Positions 19,701 to 28,970 of a stretch of 64,000 nucleotides of DNA are shown here, piece by piece (position 1 is the first letter of the stretch; every line of letters begins with the position of its first letter). Below the pieces are notes generated by a model. It was not told the DNA's origin, made no database searches, and saw only the letters and a program-made list of their open reading frames with translations. This DNA is from Trueperaceae bacterium (GTDB lineage Bacteria; Deinococcota; Deinococci; Deinococcales; Trueperaceae): the NCBI GenBank assembly GCA_965213925.1, contig OZ243927.1, positions 3,424,001-3,488,000 on the forward strand, given 5' to 3'. A program made the position numbers and the translations under genes.

Positions 19701-20516
19701 ATGAGCATCGCCCTTCCGACCGCAAACCAGACCACAAAGACTCCTCACATGCCGCTCGCCGCGCAACTCGGCGCGACCACCCTTCGTACGCTGAAAGTCA
19801 GCCTCAGAAACCTCTTCCCACTCGTTGTGCCCCTCCTGATCAGCCTCTTCTTTCTCTTCATCTATGAGGGACAGCTCTCCCAGGCAGCGAGCTTCTTTCT
19901 GCAGGGGCAGGACTACCTGGGCTTCATCCTGCCGCTCTCAATCGTGAGCGCGGCGTTCAGCGGAGCGGGTTTAGCAGGACAATCCTTGGTGCGAGATTTA
20001 GAGAGCGGCTACTTCGACAAACTCCAGCTCACGCCCATCAGCCGTGCCGCGCTCGTATTCGGTCCTATTTTAGCGGCGGGGTTAGTGCTGGTCGTACAAA
20101 CGATCATCCTCTTGGCGGTGGGCTTTCTTATCGGACTCGAGGTCGCCACAGGTTGGCTGGGTCTCTTAACCTTACTCGGCTACACCTTACTTGTAGGCGT
20201 CAGTTTCGGCAGCTTTACGGTCGGGGTGGCACTTTTAAGCGGCAACGCCGCTGCGACCGAGGGGGCGTCGTTCCTGTTCTTCCCGCTCTCTTTTCTGACC
20301 GCGACCTTTGTGCCCATCGAACTGCTGGATGGCTGGCTCGCGGTCGCTGCCCGCGCCAACCCTATCACCTACGTGCTGGACGCCACCCGTGCCCTCGTGC
20401 TGACGGGCTGGGAGGAGCAAGCGCTCCGCAACGGGCTTCTCGCCGGGCTCGTCCTCGCTGCGCTTTCCTTCGGGTTCGCACTAAACGCTCTACGTGTGAG
20501 GTCGAGACAGAGGTAG
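19701..20516 (+). CDS. ABC-2 type permease
   Basis: Six hydrophobic segments, GYFDKLQLTPISR, ANPITYVLDATR. Confidence 0.9.
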   Translation: MSIALPTANQTTKTPHMPLAAQLGATTLRTLKVSLRNLFPLVVPLLISLFFLFIYEGQLSQAASFFLQGQDYLGFILPLSIVSAAFSGAGLAGQSLVRDLESGYFDKLQLTPISRAALVFGPILAAGLVLVVQTIILLAVGFLIGLEVATGWLGLLTLLGYTLLVGVSFGSFTVGVALLSGNAAATEGASFLFFPLSFLTATFVPIELLDGWLAVAARANPITYVLDATRALVLTGWEEQALRNGLLAGLVLAALSFGFALNALRVRSRQR

Positions 20517-20543
20517 CGGACCTTAGCAGCCGAAAGGGATGCC

Positions 20544-20585
20544 GAGCCTGCCTCTCCAACTCGATAAAGGCAGGCTCCTTTTATT
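20544..20585 (+). terminator. Probable intrinsic terminator
   Basis: gagcctgcct...aggcaggctc 10-bp stem followed by cttttatt. Confidence 0.55.
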
Positions 20586-20644
20586 CCTCACCTTAGACCA
20601 CTCCTCAGGTTCGGCTCGGGCAACCGGGTTTTATTGGGATCTTG

Positions 20645-20670
20645 TGCGCGTGTTGCGCGCGTTTGCCGCA
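20645..20670. repeat. GCGCGC-core dyad site 7
   Basis: (cttg)tgcg-cgtg-tt-GCGCGC-gt-ttgc-cgca(caag). Confidence 0.85.
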
Positions 20671-20751
20671 CAAGGCTCAGGCTTGGATAAGTGTAGAAAC
20701 TCGAGAACGCTCGTATTGTTCATTGAGGTATTCTGGTCGGCCACCCTTGAT

Positions 20752-21630
20752 TCAACCGCCTTCAGCCCCCTCATTGCTCTCCGCCTCATCCTCGTCAGCG
20801 CCCTGGTCGTCCTGTTCTAACAAATAGACATACTGCACGTTCATGGTCTTGACATGGTTGTATTCGATGACGAGCGAGTCGCCTAAAATAGGATAAAAAC
20901 GCGCGTCGTGCTGCGGCGCTGTTCGCTCATCCCCCTGGGAGAGGTCGCTGGCAAGCGCCCGCCGCTGCGCGTCCCCGAGCACGAGCCGCTCTAAACGGTT
21001 GCCTGACCCGAGCGCATAGTCGAGCAAGATGCCCCAGTAGAGGTACGCCTCGTCTCCTTGCTCAACGCCAACCGTTACGAGAATAAAGTCCGGCGCGTCG
21101 CTCTCTCGACCCTCTACCGGATGGGCGATATACCGGCTTCGCGAGAGCCGCCTCTGATCGGCGGAGAAGAGCGCCCAGTACGTACCCTGCGGATTGATGA
21201 TAGGAAAGCGCAGGTCAAGCGCTTGAGCCCGGACGAAACGGTGCATCCCCAAGCCGATGCCTACAGCAAGCAGAAACAGGCACAGCGTATAGATAAAAAG
21301 CGTGCCGAGGTTCGCCTCGAGCCGCGCGAGCGACGCCGCATAGTCCGGCGCGTTCGTGCCGACGAGCAAGGTGAGTACATCCCCGCCGCTGAGCGGGAAC
21401 GAGGTAGGCGACCCCTGCCGGAGGAGGCGAACAAGCCAAGCTCCCAGCAGATAGCCCGCGACCCCGAGTGCGTGGAGCGGCAGCGCGAACAGCAGATAAA
21501 GAAAAAGGTTGGTCTGGAAGGTGCTCGTCTGGTGCGGCTTATCGTTAAACCCGCGCCGATATGCCGCCAGAAAAAGCGCTCCTGGCGTAGCGAGAAGCAC
21601 CACCAGGAGCGCTGAGAACGCGAGGTTCAC
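20752..21630 (-). CDS. Uncharacterised membrane protein (3 TM plus soluble beta-rich C-terminus)
   Basis: 292 aa, LATPG after TM1, YLYWGIL motif, acidic tail. Confidence 0.65.
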   Translation of the reverse strand: MNLAFSALLVVLLATPGALFLAAYRRGFNDKPHQTSTFQTNLFLYLLFALPLHALGVAGYLLGAWLVRLLRQGSPTSFPLSGGDVLTLLVGTNAPDYAASLARLEANLGTLFIYTLCLFLLAVGIGLGMHRFVRAQALDLRFPIINPQGTYWALFSADQRRLSRSRYIAHPVEGRESDAPDFILVTVGVEQGDEAYLYWGILLDYALGSGNRLERLVLGDAQRRALASDLSQGDERTAPQHDARFYPILGDSLVIEYNHVKTMNVQYVYLLEQDDQGADEDEAESNEGAEGG

Positions 21631-21872
21631 TCAGCAGGGTGTGAGGGCGTGCTCGTCTTCACGACGTAGGTCTTGCCGTCTATCTTGACCGTGCCTCCAC
21701 CGAGCCTCGCTGCGCGGATGAGTTCGGGTCCGTATCCCTGCGCGCGTAACTCATCAGCTCTCTTCGAATGGGCGACTTTTTGATTGGGGCGACGCCAGGA
21801 CGATGAAGCGCGCGTGCTGTTTGTAGTGCGACGTACCGACATAGGGTGCCTCCTAATAGGGACATTATACAC
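21627..21872 (-). CDS. Small basic hypothetical protein coupled to the membrane protein
   Basis: 4-bp overlap; AGGAGG RBS before the ATG near 21843. Confidence 0.5.
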   Translation of the reverse strand: MYNVPIRRHPMSVRRTTNSTRASSSWRRPNQKVAHSKRADELRAQGYGPELIRAARLGGGTVKIDGKTYVVKTSTPSHPAE

Positions 21873-22046
21873 CTTTTAGATGTCCCTGAGTGGCGTTTAC
21901 TCCGTAGATTAGCTGTTCAAAGATGCAAATCCACCTCGCGAGGGCTCCCTGCTTGAGAAAGAGAGAAAAGCCGCACCGACGCTCCTAGCTATTCGAACCT
22001 CTACTTCACTTGGTCATTAAGTCCCTTACACGCCTTTACTGCTGGT

Positions 22047-23024
22047 CTAGCCCAACTCAAAATGCGCCACAACGGGCGCATGGTCGCTCTCCGGATACTT
22101 CGCGTCGGTCGCAAAGGCGCGGCTCTCGTCGTGCAGGAGTTCATTGTGGATCTCTGTGTGGCGGTAATGCGCGAACAAGGCACGACTCACCAGGATGTGG
22201 TCGATCATCTCACCTTGCCCATGATGGATGAGGCTGTAGCGGCGGTCTTTGGAAACGCTCATCGCGGCGAGCGCGAGCGTCTTGTAGGCAAGCGCCGCGT
22301 TGTTATGGTCTTCAACCTCACCACGTAGGGCGCGCATTGCGGGCTCGTCAGCCTGCTCATTGAAGTCACCTGTGAGGGCGACGAGGGCGTCTGGCTCCGC
22401 TTCGAATATCTCGTCGATAAGCGCTCGCAGCTCAACCGCCTGACCGAGCCGCTTCATAGCGCTCACAAACGAACCCTCCGCCCATACCGCCGCCGAGGGG
22501 TAGGCGAAGTCCTCAGGTTCTCGGCCCAGCACATTAACGGGACGCTTGCTCTTGAGGTGGACGTTGAGAACGTGAAGACGGCGGTTCTCAATTGCTAGAA
22601 TGGCATGCAGGATAGGACGTTCCCACCTGATAGGCTTGGGCTCTTGCGGTTTATCTGTCGTTACGAACCCATAGTGCGGCGCGAAACGCTCGTCTTTAAG
22701 CTGACGCCGCTCGGTGATCTCGAAGCGACTCAGAATGACCAGGTTACGCACGTCGTAGACGGACTCAGGTTCGCTCTTGAGCCGGGTGCTGACGCGGTAA
22801 AAGCCTGCGTAGACCGTTTCCTCTAAAAGTTCGTCCAAGGCGAGCAAGGCTCTAGGTTGCTCCGCACGTTCCTGACCATGTACCTCTTGCAAACAGAGCA
22901 CGTCAGCGTCCAAGCGAACGAGTTGCGGGCGCATGAGCCGGATGCGCTCCTCCAGAGCCACATCGTTTCTGTGATTGGCTTCGTCGAAGTTTTCTAAGTT
23001 AAACGTGGCGATCCGTAAACGCAT
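22047..23024 (-). CDS. Endonuclease/exonuclease/phosphatase (EEP) family protein
   Basis: IATFNLENF, LCLQEV, NVHLKS, TGDFNE, IDHILVS, SDHAPV; ATG 23024 with AAGGAG. Confidence 0.9.
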   Translation of the reverse strand: MRLRIATFNLENFDEANHRNDVALEERIRLMRPQLVRLDADVLCLQEVHGQERAEQPRALLALDELLEETVYAGFYRVSTRLKSEPESVYDVRNLVILSRFEITERRQLKDERFAPHYGFVTTDKPQEPKPIRWERPILHAILAIENRRLHVLNVHLKSKRPVNVLGREPEDFAYPSAAVWAEGSFVSAMKRLGQAVELRALIDEIFEAEPDALVALTGDFNEQADEPAMRALRGEVEDHNNAALAYKTLALAAMSVSKDRRYSLIHHGQGEMIDHILVSRALFAHYRHTEIHNELLHDESRAFATDAKYPESDHAPVVAHFELG

Positions 23025-23160
23025 AGTGGGCTCCTTATGTAGCTGTCGGAGGTCAATCAGATTACGTACGCGGGAGACGGAGCAAGACCACGCTAGGCAG
23101 CCTAGCACGGGCTGAACAGTCTACTGTCAGGTGAAGTCGCTACATCTAGGCTCTATGCAA

Positions 23161-23186
23161 CGCGACGAACGCGCGCGTCTCCAGCA
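23161..23186. repeat. GCGCGC-core dyad site 8
   Basis: cgcg-acga-ac-GCGCGC-gt-ctcc-agca; accessory dyad ending at 23221. Confidence 0.8.
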
Positions 23187-23286
23187 ATACCCTTACGCCC
23201 GTTCGGGCTCGTCATCATGCATAAAGACGACCTCTTTTTCGCCTAAGCCCAAGGTTTGAGAACCAGTAAGTCTCTATGATTCGAGC

Positions 23287-24303
23287 TCAGCTATCTGACC
23301 ATGGCTTGAGAACAATCTTCCCGGTCGTCTCCCGTTGCTCGAGCATCCTGTGCGCCTCCGCGGCTTGGCTCAGAGGGAGCACCTGATCCACTTGGACCTT
23401 GACTTGCCCCGAGGCGACGTAGCCGATGAGATCTCCCATAGCTTTCGCGGCAGCCTCCGGTCGCAGGGCGAACCACAGACCGAGGTTGAAAACATGAATA
23501 GACTGGCTGGGCGAGGGATCATAAAAGAAGTCGATGACAGTTTGCTCACCAAAGCGTAAAGGCTGACCGCTCGCCATGCCGTACACGACGCAGCGCCCGA
23601 ATGGCGCGAGGCAACTAAGTCCTCGCGCGAAGGTCTCACCGCCCGTCATCTCTAAGATGATGTCGGCACCTTTGCCCTCGGTGAGGTGGCGTACTCGCTC
23701 AGGCCAGTCGGACTGCGTGTAATCGACTGTGGCGTCCGCCCCTAGCTCGAGCACCTTCTGCCTCTTCGCTTCCGTGCTGACCGCGCCTATGACCTGACCC
23801 GCACCGAGTCGCTTAGCGAGCTGTACGGCGTAACTCCCTACGCCGCCCGCAGCACCTTGGATAAGCACTGTTTCGCCAGTCTTCAACCCCGCGATCTCCC
23901 TCAACAGCAGGAGGGCGGTGGTACCCGCTACTGGCAAGGCTGCCGCCTGGTCGGCGCTCACCCCAGGGGGGATTGGAACGGCGCGGTCGGCGGGCGCGAG
24001 CGCGTACTGCGCGTAACCGTTCGAGCCGCTCCCGACGAGTGCAAAGACCGGCGTGCCTACAGAGGGAGCCACGACCCCTTCGCCGAGTGCTTCGACAACA
24101 CCCGCTACCTCGCTCCCCGGAATAAACGGGAGGGGGGTCGGGAACGGATAGATGGCGTTGCTGCGCCGGGCTACATCCGAGTAGTTCACCGAAGCCGACT
24201 CGACCCGGATTAGCACTTCCCCTGCGCCGGGGCTTAAATCGTCAACCGTTTCATACCTGAGAACGTCCGGACTGCCATACTCGTAGATTCGGGCGACTTT
24301 CAT
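23287..24303 (-). CDS. NADPH:quinone oxidoreductase (MDR family)
   Basis: PFIPGSEVAG, LIQGAAGGVGS, AEAHRMLEQRETTGKIVL. Confidence 0.9.
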   Translation of the reverse strand: MKVARIYEYGSPDVLRYETVDDLSPGAGEVLIRVESASVNYSDVARRSNAIYPFPTPLPFIPGSEVAGVVEALGEGVVAPSVGTPVFALVGSGSNGYAQYALAPADRAVPIPPGVSADQAAALPVAGTTALLLLREIAGLKTGETVLIQGAAGGVGSYAVQLAKRLGAGQVIGAVSTEAKRQKVLELGADATVDYTQSDWPERVRHLTEGKGADIILEMTGGETFARGLSCLAPFGRCVVYGMASGQPLRFGEQTVIDFFYDPSPSQSIHVFNLGLWFALRPEAAAKAMGDLIGYVASGQVKVQVDQVLPLSQAAEAHRMLEQRETTGKIVLKPWSDS

Positions 24304-24374
24304 AGTGACGCTCCTTTAACGACCAACGTACTTAGCAGAAGGTTTGGCTAAGCACCTGCATCATACACCACCTA

Positions 24375-24389
24375 CTTGTTTTTTACAAG
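24375..24389. promoter_or_regulatory. Palindromic operator candidate for the HxlR-type regulator
   Basis: cttgt-ttttt-acaag between the divergent genes. Confidence 0.45.
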
Positions 24390-24416
24390 CTAACGCTTGT
24401 TTATAAAAATAATACG

Positions 24417-25112
24417 GTGCAGATAGGAAATCTGCTCTATAATCAGACTGTGACAAACAAGTCTTACGATCAGTACTGCGCCGTCGCTCACGCTCTCGAT
24501 ATCGTAGGGGAACGCTGGACCCTCCTGGTGATCCGCAACCTGCTCATCGCGCCCAAGCGCTTCAGCGATTTACGCAACGGTCTACCCGGGATAAGTACGA
24601 ACATCTTGGCGGACCGGCTGAAGGTTCTGGAGAGACATGGGGTGGTTACGACGCGCTATTTGCCGCCGCCCGCGGCTTCTACGGTGTACGAGTTGACCCG
24701 TTGGGGCTATGGACTTACAGCTACGCTAAGCTCGCTCGCTCGCTGGGGGAGTCAAACTCTGGGCTCTCCCAGAGAAGGTCAGTCCGTCGTCCCGGAGGGG
24801 GTCACCTTTATGATCCAGGGGGTCTTCTGGCGAGAACACTATCCGGACATTAGCCTCAACTGCAATGTTTATGTAGAAGACAAAGACTATATGCAGACCT
24901 TTGGCGTTCGCTTGTCCCCGGCGGGTGTACATATCTCTGGCTCCTTTGATGCCGCTGAGGTGGAGCTGAAAACGGGGCTCGCGTCCCTCAATCTCTTGAG
25001 CAGCCAGCAGAAGCAGCTTCGGGCGTTGGTAGGCGAGGGCGCAGTGCGGTTAGACGGTGATAGCAGCCGTGTGAAAGACATTTATGCCTGGGTAGACGGC
25101 GGCAACACCTAA
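24417..25112 (+). CDS. HxlR-family winged-helix regulator with SCP2-like C-terminus
   Basis: YDQYCAVAHALDIVGERWTLLVIR, PGISTNILADRLK; the start may be GTG near 24448. Confidence 0.88.
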   Translation: MQIGNLLYNQTVTNKSYDQYCAVAHALDIVGERWTLLVIRNLLIAPKRFSDLRNGLPGISTNILADRLKVLERHGVVTTRYLPPPAASTVYELTRWGYGLTATLSSLARWGSQTLGSPREGQSVVPEGVTFMIQGVFWREHYPDISLNCNVYVEDKDYMQTFGVRLSPAGVHISGSFDAAEVELKTGLASLNLLSSQQKQLRALVGEGAVRLDGDSSRVKDIYAWVDGGNT

Positions 25113-25125
25113 AGATGGAGCGGTC

Positions 25126-25151
25126 TGCGAGAGATGCGCGCAACTCACGCG
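25126..25151. repeat. GCGCGC-core dyad site 9
   Basis: tgcg-agag-at-GCGCGC-aa-ctca-cgcg; contains the TGA stop of the 25145-25870 gene. Confidence 0.8.
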
Positions 25152-25870
25152 GACTGCGCGCCCCTGTCTGCCCTCGAAGCCTTGCTCACCCTGCTCGGCT
25201 GCTCCGAAAACACCTTGACGAGCGAGTAGAGGTGGGTAATTAGAAACAGCGGCACGGCGAAGATAGGGATCATCGTGAAGTAGTTGAGGTCATAGGGCTG
25301 CTGGGTCGTCAACAGGTAGGGCTGGATGAACAGGGGGCCGGTGGTCAGCGCCACCACAAAGTCGGCCAAGCCGAGGACGTTCCAGCCGAGGATCGCCTGA
25401 CGGGCCCGGCTGTGCCCGGTGACGAACAGATAAAGAACGAATGGCACGGCGAGTGCCGTGATCACGTCGCCATAGCCTGCGGGCAGTGCAAATCCTGCGG
25501 GCAGGTACCCCAGCTCCGACAAGATGATGAAGTTGAAACCGATAATCCGCAGCATGTGGGGGGCGATCAGCATCGTTTGAGGTATAGCGGCGACGAGCTG
25601 ACGGAATTCGGGCTGGCTCAGCAGCAGCGCGCCGCCTAAAATAGGGATAAGTAACGGGAAGAGCACGAAGTAGACGGGGGTCGCCTCCGCGAAGATGAAG
25701 TTCCTATGCGATAGGTAGAGCGTGAGAGCGAGCCAAGCCGCCATCCCGACGCCTATACGGACGCCGAGCGAGCGGCGCTTGGCGGCGTACGCCGCATTGA
25801 CGCTCACCCAGATAGCAAGGGTGACGGCGAGGGCGACCATCATGCCGACGGTGGTGGAGGGAAAAGGCAT
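25145..25870 (-). CDS. Membrane protein
   Basis: About 7 TM; LPAGFALPAGYGDVITA, WNVLGLADF. Confidence 0.75.
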   Translation of the reverse strand: MPFPSTTVGMMVALAVTLAIWVSVNAAYAAKRRSLGVRIGVGMAAWLALTLYLSHRNFIFAEATPVYFVLFPLLIPILGGALLLSQPEFRQLVAAIPQTMLIAPHMLRIIGFNFIILSELGYLPAGFALPAGYGDVITALAVPFVLYLFVTGHSRARQAILGWNVLGLADFVVALTTGPLFIQPYLLTTQQPYDLNYFTMIPIFAVPLFLITHLYSLVKVFSEQPSRVSKASRADRGAQSA

Positions 25871-25947
25871 AACTGTGTTCCTTTCGCGAGCTGTGAATAG
25901 CCTAGGATTGCCGACGGGCGTTCAAGAAATGACTCAATACCGTGGTC

Positions 25948-27393
25948 TCATTTCGCGTGCTGTTCGCCGATTGTCCGGTTCCGTCGTCGTGCGACCCTTT
26001 CACCACCTTCAGCGCCTCTCGTCTTCACGCCCAAACTGATGAACGAGGTGAGCATGCCGCCGATCATGAGGACTAAGAAGATGCGGTCAAACACCAGTAA
26101 AGGCGCAGTCGGGACAGACGCCGCAAGTAGCGCTACGACCAGCGCTACACCCAAGACCGAGCCGAGCTGCCGCATCGCCTGGTTGACGGCGCTGCCCACG
26201 CCGAAGCGCTCGGGCGGCAAGCTCGCCACCGCAGCGGCGCTCAGCACGGGCAGCAGCAACCCTACCCCGACCCCCGTGATCAGCGCGACCGGCAGCCACA
26301 AGCCCCAGAAGGCGGGCGTAGGCGTTGCGAACAGGTAGAGCAGGAAACCGCCGAGCGCGAAGATGACCCCGCCCGGCACGAGCAGAGCGCGGTGCCCCCG
26401 CCTGTCCGCGACGCGCCCCCCAATCACCGCAACTGGGATAACCGCGAGGGGCCCTGGGGTGGTCGCCAACCCCGCCTGGAGAACCGAGTACCCCCAGACG
26501 CGGGTGAGGAAGAAGATGAAGCCAAAAAACAGGGCGGTGAACGCCACGCCGAAGACGAGCGTTGCGAGATTGGCGTAGCGGTAATTGGGGTCCCGAAACA
26601 AGGTGACGTCAAGAGCGGGTGCAGTGACATGGCTCGAGCGAACAATAAAGACGGCGAGCAAGATGACGCCGAACACAAGCGCGCCCAGGGTGCGGGCGTC
26701 TGCCCAACCCCAAGCGTCGCTCTGCACGGTGCCAAGCGCGACCAGACCCACGCCGCCAATCAGGAGCAGCGAGCCGAGTAGGTCAGGCAAGGCGGCGGTC
26801 GGTCGCCGAGGCGACCTCGTCAAGATGCGGCTACTCAAATAGAGGGCGACTAGGCCGACAGGTAAGTTGATAAAGAACGCCCAGCGCCAGCTCCCCACCG
26901 CGATAAGGGCGGCCCCAAGCGACGGCCCCGCTGCCGCAGCGAGTGCGCCTACCGCACCCCACAAGCTGACCGCAGACGCGCGTTTCTCCTTAGGGAACGC
27001 GCCCAAAATGAGCGCGAGCGAGGTCGGCGTCAGGACGGCCCCGCCGACAGCCTGCAAGACCCTCGAGCTGATGAGCAGCGCTGGACTCGCCGCCAGAGCG
27101 CAGAGCACTGAAGCCAGGGTAAAAAGTGCGACGCCCGCCATAAAGAGGGCACGCCGCCCGAAGATGTCCGCGAGCCTGCCCGCAGGTACGAGCAGCGCGG
27201 CGTAGACGATGGTGTAAGCGTTTAAGACCCAGGAGAGCTGCTCAGCCGAGACCGTGCTGAAGGTGCTCTGGATGTCGGGAAAGGCGACAAACAAGATGGT
27301 CGCGTCGAGCGAGGCGGCGAACACGGCGAGACTCGTAACACCCAAAACGCTCGAGGGGCTCGGCCGCTTCGGTTCGGGCTGTGACATGGACAT
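25948..27393 (-). CDS. DHA2-type (14-TM) MFS efflux transporter
   Basis: LSWVLNAY, GRLADIFGRR, RVLQAVGGA, WRWAFFINLPVG. Confidence 0.92.
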   Translation of the reverse strand: MSMSQPEPKRPSPSSVLGVTSLAVFAASLDATILFVAFPDIQSTFSTVSAEQLSWVLNAYTIVYAALLVPAGRLADIFGRRALFMAGVALFTLASVLCALAASPALLISSRVLQAVGGAVLTPTSLALILGAFPKEKRASAVSLWGAVGALAAAAGPSLGAALIAVGSWRWAFFINLPVGLVALYLSSRILTRSPRRPTAALPDLLGSLLLIGGVGLVALGTVQSDAWGWADARTLGALVFGVILLAVFIVRSSHVTAPALDVTLFRDPNYRYANLATLVFGVAFTALFFGFIFFLTRVWGYSVLQAGLATTPGPLAVIPVAVIGGRVADRRGHRALLVPGGVIFALGGFLLYLFATPTPAFWGLWLPVALITGVGVGLLLPVLSAAAVASLPPERFGVGSAVNQAMRQLGSVLGVALVVALLAASVPTAPLLVFDRIFLVLMIGGMLTSFISLGVKTRGAEGGERVARRRNRTIGEQHAK

Positions 27394-27410
27394 CCGACGC
27401 TCCTTGTGCT

Positions 27411-27420
27411 TGTATATACA
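27411..27420. promoter_or_regulatory. MarR operator candidate (second copy at 27902-27911)
   Basis: Palindrome tgtatataca upstream of the MFS gene; tgtatatgca upstream of the marR gene. Confidence 0.55.
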
Positions 27421-27440
27421 CGCTTATGGCCAGTGAAACA

Positions 27441-27887
27441 TCACTTGAGCAGGTTAAAACGGTTTAGGTGGTTTAGGAATACACCGTATTCCTCCTCTTC
27501 GAACAGCGTCTTCACCTCCTCTTGCGCCTGCACCCACAAGGGGTACGCCTCGTCGATGAGGCGTTCGCCCGCGTCCGTGATGCTGACGCGCTTTGCCCGC
27601 GCGTCCTCCTGGTCCGCTTTGACGTCGAGTAGCCCCCGTGTAACAAGCGGTCTCAAGTTACGGCTTAGAGTGCTCTGGTCCATCGCCAGCAGATCAGCTA
27701 ATTCTCGGATGGACTGCGACCCCGCGCCCGAGCTTGTGACTAATAGGGTGAACTGGGTGATGTGCAACCCGAGCGGGCTGAGCGCCTTGTCATAGAGCGC
27801 CGTCAGGGTGCGCTCAGTCCGTTTGAGGTTGTAGTGGGCGCAGCTCCGGGCAACGTGGCGGCGCTTCTGCTGTCGGTCGGTAAGCAC
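27441..27887 (-). CDS. MarR-family regulator
   Basis: YDKALSPLGLHITQFTLL, MDQSTLSRNLRPL, DARAKRV. Confidence 0.88.
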   Translation of the reverse strand: MLTDRQQKRRHVARSCAHYNLKRTERTLTALYDKALSPLGLHITQFTLLVTSSGAGSQSIRELADLLAMDQSTLSRNLRPLVTRGLLDVKADQEDARAKRVSITDAGERLIDEAYPLWVQAQEEVKTLFEEEEYGVFLNHLNRFNLLK

Positions 27888-27976
27888 CTCATCACTTTAC
27901 ATGTATATGCAAGTTTCTGTCAATCGTGTTCATTGAGATAGTCGAGCGAGGTGTATGTGTGAACTTAGATTTCTTC

Positions 27977-28002
27977 TGCGACGAACGCGCGCGTTCGCCG
28001 CA
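27977..28002. repeat. GCGCGC-core dyad site 10
   Basis: (cttc)tgcg-acga-ac-GCGCGC-gt-tcgc-cgca(gaag). Confidence 0.88.
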
Positions 28003-28199
28003 GAAGCACCGAGTTTGTTGGAGACACGTTCTGCAAGCTTTTTCAGTCTGGATATCTCCATGCGCTCGCATAACTATTTGAACTCCACTTTAGAAAGATG
28101 GAATTCTTTTTAGAACAGGAACTCGTTGGAGTTCAAGAGTATTCGCAAGTAAGTTTCGGGTGTTGAGTTTGCTTGAAAATGTGGCTAGAAATTGCTGCT

Positions 28200-28455
28200 T
28201 ATAGCTGCAAACAACAAAGGACCATGAACAATGCCAACTAAATACCAGGGAGGGTTTTTGAATCGCCCTACAACTGCCGCGATAAGAGATTAACGCACTT
28301 GTTATGAGAATATAAATACTTGAGCCCATCAACATGAGTTCTCCGAGTCCGAAGGAAGAATTTGCATCCGATGAAGCAATCATGGCTATTCCCGCTAAGA
28401 TCAACACGCTACAAAACCCGAAGTGGGCTATCCAAACTTTCGATAAATTCGCCAT
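28200..28455 (-). pseudogene. Frameshifted tandem paralog of the 28479-28754 membrane protein
   Basis: MANLSKVWIAHFGFC...SFGLG...IYIL, then RRFKNPPWYL in another frame. Confidence 0.6.
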
Positions 28456-28478
28456 TCTCATCCTCTTCGGCATTAACC

Positions 28479-28754
28479 TTAGAAACTGCCTGACCTCCCT
28501 CCTATCATGATAAAAAGGAGAGGTATATGGACAATAATGGCTAAATACCAAGGCGGATTCTTAAATCTTCGTATAGCTAATGCTATTCCAGAAAATATGA
28601 CGCTAATCGCTAAAATATAGATGCCAAGACCAGCCGCAGCATATACTCCAATTCCAAATGAGTAGTCGCTCGAGTTAGTAAGTAGAAGCACTCCCACCAA
28701 CATCAAAATTCCACAAACTCCAAGATGTAATATCCAGGCTACCGACCATTTCAT
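28479..28754 (-). CDS. Small low-GC 3-TM membrane protein
   Basis: 91 aa, hydrophobic, GAGG RBS; RRFKNPPWYL shared with its neighbour. Confidence 0.65.
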   Translation of the reverse strand: MKWSVAWILHLGVCGILMLVGVLLLTNSSDYSFGIGVYAAAGLGIYILAISVIFSGIALAIRRFKNPPWYLAIIVHIPLLFIMIGGRSGSF

Positions 28755-28929
28755 AGCGTCAACCTCTCTATACTTTTATGACAGCTCTGCAAAAACCATA
28801 CCTCGTAAAGTTTAAGTTTAGCCCCTCAACGACCAGGATTCGGCAAATTTCTCATAGCAGCTATCTGTGTTGAAAAAATAGTCGCCCACGATTTGTACCT
28901 TGCTCAATTTTCCAGAATTGACCGACGAA

Positions 28930-28960
28930 GAAGCTAGTGGGTTCGGAACCCACTAGCTTC
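28930..28960. repeat. Perfect 15-bp inverted repeat (terminator or scar)
   Basis: gaagctagtgggttc-g-gaacccactagcttc. Confidence 0.7.
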
Positions 28961-28970
28961 AAACCTACTA

